From a virus (taxonomy: Duplodnaviria; Caudoviricetes), in the IMG/VR virus record IMGVR_UViG_3300037504_000611, positions 1-53,700 of that record: a DNA stretch of 53,700 bases; one strand, written 5' to 3'. The position numbers and the translations under genes were made by a program. Shown here in pieces: positions 1-8,274 of this stretch. The notes under the pieces are model-generated. The model had not been told where the DNA came from. It saw only the letters and a program-made list of their open reading frames with translations, and did no database searches. How positions within the stretch are numbered: position 1 is the stretch's first letter; each line of letters starts with the position of its first letter.

Positions 1-127
1 GGGTTTCTTGCGAAACATCTGCGCGATTTCCTGACCACTGACAACGGAGCGTTTGTCGAGATAGTCAGGTCAAGTTCTGCGCGTGGCTCTCGCATCATTG
101 GACTGGTCCATCTGGACAGTATGCGAT
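1..127. repeat. Terminal direct repeat, left copy (circular assembly overlap)
   Basis: 1-127 is identical to 53574-53700; 127 nt is a common assembler k-mer length. Confidence 0.95.
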
Positions 128-1107
128 GCTACCGAACCGGCAACCCTGCTGAGCCGGTGCAATACCAGGATTTGCAGGGCCGCATGCACACGCTGCGAGA
201 TTATCAGGTATTCAGCATCTCGCATATGCCGACCCCAGACGACAGCCTGGCAGGGGTCGGCATATGCAGCGCCTCCACAGCCTACAGCGCCATTGTGAAG
301 TCCGAGGCAATAGAAACGTATTTTGTTGAGAAGGTTTCCGGCACGCGCCCACTGGCCATTCATTTTTTATCCGGCGTATCGTCTCGGCAACTCAATGATG
401 CACTCGCTACAGCAGATGAGCAGCAGGCCAGTCGGGGACTGATCCAATACAAGGGCGTTGCGATGGTCCCTGTGCTGGGAGATGTGCCGGTGCAGGTCGT
501 GAGCGTGCCGATCGCGGAAATACCAGACGCATACAATGTAGACACCGAACGACAGGACGCACAACTGGCCATCGCGCTGTCGGTGGGCATTGATCCCCAG
601 GCGTTGAACCCTGCATTGCTGGCCAGGGGGGCTCTCGGGACCGGCGCGCAATCGGTGGTCATTGCGAACAAAGAAAAGGGGTCCGGGCTGGCCGCGTGGC
701 GACAGGCATTTACGCATGCGCTCAACTGGCATGTGTTCCCCGAGCGCGTGACGTTCTCGTTCCAGGAGGCGGATTTGCAGGACGAGTCCACCAGGGCCGA
801 CATAGCTGCGAAACGGGGCGATTTCGTAGCCAGACAGATAGAGGTGGGTAGCATCTCGCCACAGCAGGCGTTGCAGTATCTCGTAGATGAGGGTGAATTA
901 CCGGAGGGATTTCTGCCGGTTGATGAGACGCCCGGAGGAGTGGTCAGCAGCGAGGAGAAACCGGACGACGAGCAGGCGGAACCTGCAATGCGTATGGCGG
1001 AGCCGTCCATTGATGATTATACGCAAAAACAGGTGGGAGATGTTGGATTGACGATTGAGCGAGAGTTGCCCGCCGCTCGTTTGCTCTATGAGGAGGTATC
1101 ACGATAA
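1..1107 (+). CDS. Portal protein, 3' part (gene starts at 53262 and crosses the junction; about 472 aa in total)
   Basis: The frame of ORF 121..1107 continues without stops back through the repeat to a TTG at 53262 overlapping the TerL stop; position after TerL, size and acidic C-terminus fit a portal. Confidence 0.85.
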   Translation, partial: GFLAKHLRDFLTTDNGAFVEIVRSSSARGSRIIGLVHLDSMRCYRTGNPAEPVQYQDLQGRMHTLRDYQVFSISHMPTPDDSLAGVGICSASTAYSAIVKSEAIETYFVEKVSGTRPLAIHFLSGVSSRQLNDALATADEQQASRGLIQYKGVAMVPVLGDVPVQVVSVPIAEIPDAYNVDTERQDAQLAIALSVGIDPQALNPALLARGALGTGAQSVVIANKEKGSGLAAWRQAFTHALNWHVFPERVTFSFQEADLQDESTRADIAAKRGDFVARQIEVGSISPQQALQYLVDEGELPEGFLPVDETPGGVVSSEEKPDDEQAEPAMRMAEPSIDDYTQKQVGDVGLTIERELPAARLLYEEVSR

Positions 1108-1541
1108 TGGAGCAGCGGCATGTGCAAGGCGGCGCGGCGTGGCCGGTTTCTATCCAGGCTGCGTCCGCTGATGCGATATCCATTGGCGAGGTTACAGCAA
1201 CCAACACCGAGTTGGCAGCGGATGCAATACAGGGGCAACTCGCCAGCATCGAAATTACCCTGTCGGGCACAGCGGGCACGGTCACCACGGTCACGATCCC
1301 TGACACGGCCCGTGGCATTCGGCTCTATCCGCGCAGCGATGCCATTCGGTTTGCGGTCGGGGAAAACCCGGCGGCGGTGGGAACAAGCAGCAGCACAACC
1401 ATTGCTGCCAGTTCGCTGGCAGTGGGCGGCATCGCAAAATCCGACCAGTGGGAAGTACGATTATTGGAGGCAGGGACGAGTCGGACGGTAAGGTTGCGTA
1501 GCACCACGGCGAGCGTCGTGGTGGATATGGAGGTGTTTTAG
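1107..1541 (+). CDS. Hypothetical beta-rich virion protein
   Basis: 144 aa, Thr/Ser/Ala/Val-rich, TAATG coupling to the portal, SD GGAGG. Confidence 0.65.
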   Translation: MEQRHVQGGAAWPVSIQAASADAISIGEVTATNTELAADAIQGQLASIEITLSGTAGTVTTVTIPDTARGIRLYPRSDAIRFAVGENPAAVGTSSSTTIAASSLAVGGIAKSDQWEVRLLEAGTSRTVRLRSTTASVVVDMEVF

Positions 1542-1817
1542 ATGGCAGCAGCAGATAATCAAAAGCAGGCATTTATCAACGCGGCCCGTGCCGCCGCTAA
1601 CCAGCTCTGGGAAGCAGAACAGACGCTCCTCCGCCTCCAGGCGGAGTGGGTCGCATTGGATTATGGCACTGCTCTGGACAATGCAACGGATTTCACCGGA
1701 GCAAACGAGGGCTTGACCAGAGAGGAGATTGATGCGGCGGTCAACACCACCGGAAACGCGATCAAGACGGTGTTTGATGCAGGCAACGGCACGAACCTTG
1801 CGCGGGTGAAATACTGA
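1542..1817 (+). CDS. Hypothetical helical protein, probably structural
   Basis: 91 aa, SD GGAGG, abuts both neighbours. Confidence 0.7.
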   Translation: MAAADNQKQAFINAARAAANQLWEAEQTLLRLQAEWVALDYGTALDNATDFTGANEGLTREEIDAAVNTTGNAIKTVFDAGNGTNLARVKY

Positions 1818-2569
1818 TGCGAGGCGCAGCGTCATACGGTATCCTGAGCCGCGCCGCCTCCCTGGGCGTCCTGGGAGATCGTGGTGGCGGCGCTGCTGCC
1901 TCGTCTCTGCTTGATGGCCTGGTGGCCTATTGGAAGCTGGATGAAACTTCTGGTACCCGCATTGACAGCACGGGATCGAACAACCTGACTGATAATGGCG
2001 GCGTGGGCTCGACCATTGGCAAGCAGGGCAATGCGGCATCATTTAGTGGTTCTAACGACCTATCGTTGACCAGTAGTACAGATTTACGCCTGGACAATAC
2101 TGATTTTACCGTTGCCTTTTGGGTAAATTTTGATACCTTGCCGGTAGGGGCTTTTATTACAATTCTAGGGAAGCACGACGGTCTGGGTTTGCGAGAATAC
2201 TGGTTTTATAGACACCAGTCTACAAATAAAATTGCACTTCTTACATCTCCCAATGGTACCACTGTGGAATTCCTAAACACTGTTGGTCCTAGTCTAAATA
2301 CAGGGCAATGGTATTTTGTTGTTGGAGAGCGTAACAACGCAACGAATACCGCAACGCTCTATATTCACGATGGGATAAATTGGGATAGCGGTTCTTTTAC
2401 ATCAAATGGCGTATGGGCAGGTACAGCATTGTTTGGTATATCCAGGACAGGTGGCTTTGAAAGATTAGAAGGTATTGTTGATGAAGTAGGCATCTGGAAT
2501 AAGTTGCTAACAGCAGCAGAGCGCACACAATTATGGAATAGCGGGAGCGGGTTAACATTCCCGTTCTAA
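1817..2569 (+). CDS. LamG/concanavalin-A-like jelly-roll protein
   Basis: Motifs LVAYWKLDE, FTVAFWV, GQWYFVV, GIVDEVGIWNKLLTAAERTQLWN. Confidence 0.85.
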   Translation: MRGAASYGILSRAASLGVLGDRGGGAAASSLLDGLVAYWKLDETSGTRIDSTGSNNLTDNGGVGSTIGKQGNAASFSGSNDLSLTSSTDLRLDNTDFTVAFWVNFDTLPVGAFITILGKHDGLGLREYWFYRHQSTNKIALLTSPNGTTVEFLNTVGPSLNTGQWYFVVGERNNATNTATLYIHDGINWDSGSFTSNGVWAGTALFGISRTGGFERLEGIVDEVGIWNKLLTAAERTQLWNSGSGLTFPF

Positions 2570-2595
2570 AGGAGAGGAATAGAACAAACAGGCCA

Positions 2596-3144
2596 ATGGA
2601 ACCGGAACTGGAGGAACTCATACGGCGATTTGAGGCCGAACTCACAACGATTATGGACACACTCGCCAGCGGAGAGTTGTCCGTAATCGACTGGCAACTT
2701 CAATTCGAGGCGCTCATAGCGCGCTACTCAGCAGCGGCAATGATGAGCGGCTTCGGCAGCTCGGTGTTGAGCGAAACAGCATTGCGCGCGTTGGGGGCCG
2801 ATGTGGCGGTCCAGTTCGGTTTTCTGGACGGCTTCACACTGGCTGTCCAGGACGCTGATGAGTTTTCCGCCGCGTGGCGGGCGCGGGCTGATATGTATGC
2901 AAAGAGCATCAAGGCGCCCTACTGGCGCGGCAAAACCAGAATGATCCCGTTGCCAGCCATGCCAGCGGAAGGCACGCAATGCCGCACAAACTGCGGGTGC
3001 TCGTGGGACATTCGGACTGTCAATGAGGAACAGGGAGACTACGATTGCTACTGGACACGCGGGAAAGACGACAGTTGCCAGACGTGCATCCAGCGCGAGC
3101 GGGACTGGTCCCCGTTGCGTGTGCGGGGTGGCGTGTTGCTATGA
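2596..3144 (+). CDS. Head morphogenesis / minor capsid protein (Mu F / SPP1 gp7-like)
   Basis: Helical N-terminus, Cys-rich C-terminus (TQCRTNCGCSW...SCQTC), located in the head module. Confidence 0.6.
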   Translation: MEPELEELIRRFEAELTTIMDTLASGELSVIDWQLQFEALIARYSAAAMMSGFGSSVLSETALRALGADVAVQFGFLDGFTLAVQDADEFSAAWRARADMYAKSIKAPYWRGKTRMIPLPAMPAEGTQCRTNCGCSWDIRTVNEEQGDYDCYWTRGKDDSCQTCIQRERDWSPLRVRGGVLL

Positions 3145-3614
3145 AAACTGATTTGCAGGTTGTGCTGCCCCGTCGGCTGGTGTTGGATGGAAGAGCGTTC
3201 GACAGGGCCATCAATAACGGGCTCCAGGCTAGCGCGGAGGCGGCGAGAGAGGATTTTCGCGTCACAACCCAGACGTGGAAAACGGACGTACGCTTCCGCA
3301 TTGTCAAGGGCCGATTTGCCCGAACGGTGGCTACCTCAAACAAAATCTATGGCTATGTCAACGACGGCACGCGCCCGCACATCATTCGCCCCAGGCGAGC
3401 CAGGGCATTGCGTTTTCGCACACCGTACCGTGCGAAAACCAGAGTGGGGAAAATCAGCAGCAGACGTGGCGGGTATGGAGACACTGTCGTTTATACGCGT
3501 ATCGTGCAGCACCCCGGTACAAAAGCACGGGGGTTCGCCAAAGCCATACAGCAGAAATGGCGCGAATTGTTGCCTCGGACAATGCAGCGCGCTATTGATA
3601 GCGAGGTGAGGTAA
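3141..3614 (+). CDS. HK97 gp10-like neck/tail-completion protein
   Basis: Basic protein with YVNDGTRPHIIRP...VQHPGTKARGF motif; ATGA overlap start at 3141. Confidence 0.75.
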   Translation: MKTDLQVVLPRRLVLDGRAFDRAINNGLQASAEAAREDFRVTTQTWKTDVRFRIVKGRFARTVATSNKIYGYVNDGTRPHIIRPRRARALRFRTPYRAKTRVGKISSRRGGYGDTVVYTRIVQHPGTKARGFAKAIQQKWRELLPRTMQRAIDSEVR

Positions 3615-4177
3615 TGAGCTCGATTTCCTGGCAGGACACATGGGAGCGCGTGGCCGATATCACCAGTTGGCTGGAGGAGCCGGAGGCGCGACTGCTATAC
3701 GACCTTGCCACCCCTGGCGCCATAGTGATTGACCTGGGCGTGGCTCGTGGTCGCTCAACAATGGTGATGGCAGCGGCGGGCGCTACGGTGTTTGCCGTGT
3801 CGCTGTGGGATTGGGATTGGGAGGGTACCTGCGAGGAGTTCCAGGCCACACGGGAGCGTTTCCCCGAGGATGCACAACGTCGCGTGATACCTATATACGG
3901 CACTTCGTGGGACGTGCTAGCGTGTCTGAGACAGGCCAGGGTGCAGGCCAGCCTGGTTTTTGTGGACGCATGCCACGATTACGAGTGTGTGAGCCAGGAC
4001 GCAGCAGTAGCAGCGCGCATTCTTACGCCAGGAGGCAAAATAGCGTTTCACGACTACGGTATGCCCAACTGGCCAGGTGTGCAATGTGCTGTTGACGAGC
4101 TGTTGTCTTGCGGATGGAAGATGTCCCGTCGTGTGACGGGGCATACATTGGCTGTGTTGGAAAGGATGTGGGAGTGA
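3614..4177 (+). CDS. Class I SAM-dependent methyltransferase (Methyltransf_24-like, probable sugar O-methyltransferase)
   Basis: IDLGVARGRS, VFVDACHDYECVSQD, LTPGGKIAFHDY motifs. Confidence 0.8.
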   Translation: MSSISWQDTWERVADITSWLEEPEARLLYDLATPGAIVIDLGVARGRSTMVMAAAGATVFAVSLWDWDWEGTCEEFQATRERFPEDAQRRVIPIYGTSWDVLACLRQARVQASLVFVDACHDYECVSQDAAVAARILTPGGKIAFHDYGMPNWPGVQCAVDELLSCGWKMSRRVTGHTLAVLERMWE

Positions 4178-4389
4178 CCGATACGACGCCCGGCCTGACA
4201 GACCGGGAGCGCGATTGTTTCTGGCGATACGTTTACACAGTTAATACGTTGCTGGCTGAGCTGCCACAAAACGACCCCGCCAGAGGCGAACTGATGCGTG
4301 GCCTGCGATGTGCGCAACGGCGGCTGGGTATCGATGGGTCGCCCAGGCGCGCGCGGAGTCGGCTCACGCTCAACATGGTTGACAGGTAG
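4174..4389 (+). CDS. Hypothetical small protein
   Basis: GTGA overlap with the upstream stop; 71 aa. Confidence 0.5.
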   Translation: MTDTTPGLTDRERDCFWRYVYTVNTLLAELPQNDPARGELMRGLRCAQRRLGIDGSPRRARSRLTLNMVDR

Positions 4390-4407
4390 TATATATATAT
4401 ATATAAT
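4379..4407 (+). promoter_or_regulatory. Consensus sigma70 promoter for the head operon, with (TA)8 in the spacer
   Basis: TTGACA 4379-4384, 17-nt spacer, TATAAT 4402-4407. Confidence 0.85.
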
Positions 4408-4563
4408 AACAATTGGTGTATCAGGTTTATATCGTATGTGGTGTGCGGTATCTGATAGCTGACAGTCGGTACACACCGGCGGCCCGGCCAGGGGGGCAAT
4501 CCGCCCCCCTGGCCCTCAAAAATACAGGATAGACGGTCCCGCGTGACCGGCTGAAAAGTCACC

Positions 4564-4602
4564 GCGCGTCATCTCTCTCCGGAGGGGCGGCGCGCTTTTT
4601 TT
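4564..4602 (+). terminator. Intrinsic terminator/attenuator in the head-operon leader
   Basis: GCGCGTC...GGCGCGC stem followed by T7, 6 nt before the protease ATG. Confidence 0.6.
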
Positions 4603-4608
4603 ATCTCT

Positions 4609-6150
4609 ATGCCATACACAACGATACAACGGAATGATATGCATTGTGTGGTCAAGGTTGGGCAGGAGTCGGGCCGCGTGTTCGGTTGCCACCGCTCTCC
4701 ACAGGCTGCATATGCGCAGATTGCTGCGATTGAGGCCAGCGAACAGAAGGACGTCGATTCTGGCGAGCTTGATAGAGTGTTTGCCGCGTATCACGACACG
4801 GTAAACATGAGCGCTTCTGAACTGGAGGCGTGGGGCGATACTGAGGCATCACAACTCGCATCCCAGGACCGGTCTCCCATCCGGCGCAACCTGCGCCTGT
4901 TGCGCACCCCGAAGAGCGAATGGACGCAGCGCGATATTGACGACGCGAACAAAACCATATCGTTCGTGGCGCGTATGAGCGCAGCCGAGCAGGGAGAGCC
5001 GGTCATTACGCAGGGAACGCGAGAGTATAGTAAACGCGACATTTCCCTCCTCAATTGGGCATACGACCCGAAAAAAACAAAATCGTTCACCGTCAACAAG
5101 CAGCGTGACGGGCGTTATCGGTGGGCGGCTGTGACCAGCACCGCCTATCTGGATAGAGACAACGAAATTGTCAGTCGGGAGGCGTTGCGCGGAGTGGTTG
5201 AGCGAGGCGACCGCACAGGCGAGCGAGGTGTCTTGCGCTGGTGGCACGAGCCGGGCATCGACCTCGGCACGATAGATTTCCAGGCTCTCCACGATAACGA
5301 CCGCCTCCTGGTTGAGAGCGGCACATTTGCCAGTCCGGTTGTAGGAGAGGCCGTGGCAGCACACCAGGATGATTTAGGTTTGTCTATCGGGTTCTGGCCT
5401 GGCGCAGGGCAACCCGACACCAGCGGAGTGTTTACCGATATTCGAAAATTCGAAACCAGCCTGCTCCCAAAACAGCAGGCCAGCAACAGGTTTACCAACA
5501 TCACTATCCAGAGAGAGGAGAAAGGTATGCGGGCAGAGAAGATCAATGCTCTTCGTGAGCTATTGAGCGATGATGATACATTGCAGTCATTGCTGGCCAG
5601 TGCAGACAATACCGCCAGCGCTGCCAGTAGTAGCGGGCTGCACTACAAAAACGCCGACACGATTGTAACGCCGGACGGCCACGAGTGGCAATATAGCGAT
5701 GGCTCGTTCGTGGCGGTGCCGCCTCCTGCCGAGCCCGAGCCGGAGCCGGAGCCAACGGTAAAAATGACGTTGCCTGTTAGTCGTGATGAGTTGGCGGAAC
5801 TGATACGGTCCGCCGTTATGGCAATGATGGACAGCTATACCGACCGAATGGCTGACAAAATGCGAGAGGGGATGGAAGGCTATCGCATGAAGGCCGCTGA
5901 TGTGCTGCAATCTGAACTCGCCACGCTCAAAGAGCAGCGGGCCCAGGCTGAACAAACCATTGCTGGCCTCGATGCACGCCTGAAAGAGTTGGAAGGCGAG
6001 CAACCGCGCGCTGCCACGAGCAACGGGTATCGCCCTACGCAGGATGACAGCACCGTTGTGGGCAAGGCGCAGCAGGGCGCGCCGCAGGAAGACACACTTG
6101 AGCACACTGTGAAAGATATGATGGCCACCCTTCACGGGTTTCAGGGTTGA
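4609..6150 (+). CDS. Prohead protease/scaffold fusion with an N-terminal DUF3140-like domain
   Basis: Protease-like core (STAYLDRDNEIV, WWHE, GLSIGF, FETSLLP), coiled-coil C-terminus, directly upstream of the MCP; VNMSASELEAW...SLLNWAYDPKK block resembles DUF3140. Confidence 0.75.
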   Translation: MPYTTIQRNDMHCVVKVGQESGRVFGCHRSPQAAYAQIAAIEASEQKDVDSGELDRVFAAYHDTVNMSASELEAWGDTEASQLASQDRSPIRRNLRLLRTPKSEWTQRDIDDANKTISFVARMSAAEQGEPVITQGTREYSKRDISLLNWAYDPKKTKSFTVNKQRDGRYRWAAVTSTAYLDRDNEIVSREALRGVVERGDRTGERGVLRWWHEPGIDLGTIDFQALHDNDRLLVESGTFASPVVGEAVAAHQDDLGLSIGFWPGAGQPDTSGVFTDIRKFETSLLPKQQASNRFTNITIQREEKGMRAEKINALRELLSDDDTLQSLLASADNTASAASSSGLHYKNADTIVTPDGHEWQYSDGSFVAVPPPAEPEPEPEPTVKMTLPVSRDELAELIRSAVMAMMDSYTDRMADKMREGMEGYRMKAADVLQSELATLKEQRAQAEQTIAGLDARLKELEGEQPRAATSNGYRPTQDDSTVVGKAQQGAPQEDTLEHTVKDMMATLHGFQG

Positions 6151-6165
6151 GGAGAGGAAAACACA

Positions 6166-7614
6166 ATGACTGTAGCAATTGATTATCAGCAACTCGCCAC
6201 GGCCCTGTTGCAACAGCAGGGTGGAGCGCAATACAAAGCGGCTGCGACCCCCCCGACCGGCGTATACGCGCACGGCCCAGGGGGGCTGTTTAGCTACCCC
6301 GGCGTTTCTCGCCCATTGTTTTCGGCTATGCCGCTCCCGCGAATGGGGCTGCAATCCATGTTGCCAGTGCGCCCCAGTCGAGACACAAATCCGCTCTATG
6401 GCATACTGACAGGCCAGACCGCAACAACGGGCGATGAGCCCGACAGTGTGTGCGACGATCCGCCGACGTCTGGCCTCCTGAAACTCTGTTTGCAACAGTT
6501 GCCATTCGGGCGCCAGACGCGCCAGACGCGCTCATACGACATTATGACCGCCGGAGAGATGACGAACCGTGGAGAGTTTTCTGATTACATTATCTACGGC
6601 AATCCCGCAGGCATGGAAACCACAGGCAATGTCCCCTCTATCCCCGGCGCGGATTTCGGACGGGCAGCGCAGTCGGATTTTATAACGGCAATGACCGAGC
6701 TGGCCGTGGCGTGGATGCGCGATTTTGCCCGAGAGATATATACCGGTAATCCAGGCGATAACACGGGAGGCCGGGAATATTTCAACGGCCTGGACAGGCT
6801 CATTAACAATTCTCGCATCGATGCGGTCACTGAAACCGCGTGCTCTGCTGCAAATAGCCTGATATGGCCGTTCAATAGCGCTGATGTGGCAGAAAACAGC
6901 GACCTGATTGTCAGGACCATCACGAGCATGTGGCGTGCGCTGAATTACCAGGCCAGCAGGAATGGGCTGTTGCCCGTCCGGTGGGCCATCACAATGCCGT
7001 TTGGGCTGTTCTATGCACTGACTGACATCTGGCCATGCTCGTTCATGACATTTCGTTGTTTAGCCAATACAACGAACACGAACGCGAGTGTTGATGTGGA
7101 CCCGATGGAGGCGGAGCAGATGCGCAGCAATATGCGCGGTGACCTCTACAATCGCAACAATCAGTATCTGCTGATTGACGGTCAGCAGGTGCCGGTCATT
7201 ATTGACGATGCATTGGAGCCATCGGATGGCACAAATGTGTCTGACATATATTTTGTGCCTATGACCGTTATGAATAGCGTTCCCGTCACCTATATGGAGT
7301 ATTTTGATTTCAACTCGCCGGGGGGCGCTCGTGATATGGCAAATAGCATGACTGCCGCGCGCTCGTTTTACACAACGGACAACGGACGGTTTCTGTTCGG
7401 GAACAAACCACCGTCCAATTTCTGTGTGCAAACCGTTGCCGGAGCACGGCCACGCCTCGTGCTGCTCACCCCGCAGATTGCGGGGCGATTGACCGACGTC
7501 GGCTGGTCAGAGCTCATTACGCCGGCGCCCTGGGACCCGTCCGCGCCATCGTTTGTGAACGGCGGTCAAACGGGCTACAACTGGCCATCTGATTTCTACG
7601 GCCCTAGCAGTTAG
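6166..7614 (+). CDS. Major capsid protein
   Basis: 482 aa after protease/scaffold, strong SD, HK97-like pattern (EIYTGNP...EYFNGLDRLI; SDIYFVP). Confidence 0.8.
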   Translation: MTVAIDYQQLATALLQQQGGAQYKAAATPPTGVYAHGPGGLFSYPGVSRPLFSAMPLPRMGLQSMLPVRPSRDTNPLYGILTGQTATTGDEPDSVCDDPPTSGLLKLCLQQLPFGRQTRQTRSYDIMTAGEMTNRGEFSDYIIYGNPAGMETTGNVPSIPGADFGRAAQSDFITAMTELAVAWMRDFAREIYTGNPGDNTGGREYFNGLDRLINNSRIDAVTETACSAANSLIWPFNSADVAENSDLIVRTITSMWRALNYQASRNGLLPVRWAITMPFGLFYALTDIWPCSFMTFRCLANTTNTNASVDVDPMEAEQMRSNMRGDLYNRNNQYLLIDGQQVPVIIDDALEPSDGTNVSDIYFVPMTVMNSVPVTYMEYFDFNSPGGARDMANSMTAARSFYTTDNGRFLFGNKPPSNFCVQTVAGARPRLVLLTPQIAGRLTDVGWSELITPAPWDPSAPSFVNGGQTGYNWPSDFYGPSS

Positions 7615-7622
7615 GAGCCTGG

Positions 7623-8273
7623 ATGTACACCGTTCTGGTGACGACCTACAACCGCAAAAACATGCTGCTGGAGTGCCTCGCACGCCTCCAGCAGCTATCG
7701 CCTGCCCCTACTGCTGTGGTCGTGGCCGACGACGGCAGCGACGACGGGACTCCCGCCGCTGTAGCGGAACGGTTCCCGAGCGCAGACGTGACAGCAACCA
7801 ACCGGCGCGGGCTAGGAGCCAATACCAACACCGGGCTACACGCTGCATTCGGCAGTGCTGATATTGTTCTGCAATTGCAGGATGATATATTTTTGCGCAC
7901 CCCATTAGACCTGACGCCGCACATTGCCGCTCTGCAATCAGAGGAGTATGCCGATGTGGCCTGGATACGACTGGCAAATGTGCATAGTCACGGCCTCAAT
8001 GCTGCTATGCGGCGCGATTACTGGATTATCGATTGGAACAGTCCTGGTGTCTATATTGCCAGCGACCAGGTGCATATAAAGCACAGGCGGTTCCACGATG
8101 TGTATGGATACTATCCCGAGGGATTGCGCATCGGCGATACCGAAAACACATGGTGCGGAGATGTAAAAGCCCGTGGGCAGCAGCTAGGAGCTCCCCGCGT
8201 GGCTGTGCCCGTCTATCTGAACGGACAGCAATGGACGCACGAGGGCGCCTCGTGGCAGTCGCAGGGGTTGTGA
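7623..8273 (+). CDS. Glycosyltransferase family 2
   Basis: LVTTYNR, ADDGSDD, LQLQDD motifs. Confidence 0.9.
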   Translation: MYTVLVTTYNRKNMLLECLARLQQLSPAPTAVVVADDGSDDGTPAAVAERFPSADVTATNRRGLGANTNTGLHAAFGSADIVLQLQDDIFLRTPLDLTPHIAALQSEEYADVAWIRLANVHSHGLNAAMRRDYWIIDWNSPGVYIASDQVHIKHRRFHDVYGYYPEGLRIGDTENTWCGDVKARGQQLGAPRVAVPVYLNGQQWTHEGASWQSQGL

Positions 8274-8274
8274 T

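Noticed and set aside
4440-4520. tRNA gene in the head leader
   Set aside because: Hairpins are present, but there is no cloverleaf, TTC loop or acceptor stem
5068-5083. A7 slippery site at the DUF3140/protease junction
   Set aside because: Explained by Lys-Lys-Thr-Lys codons; no evident stimulator or useful alternative frame
5587-6495. Long antisense or alternative-frame ORFs (also 8026..8868, 13104..13958, 18463..19347, 27473..28339, 33071..33871, 43056..43994)
   Set aside because: Shadows of well-supported genes in GC-rich DNA, with no motifs or SD
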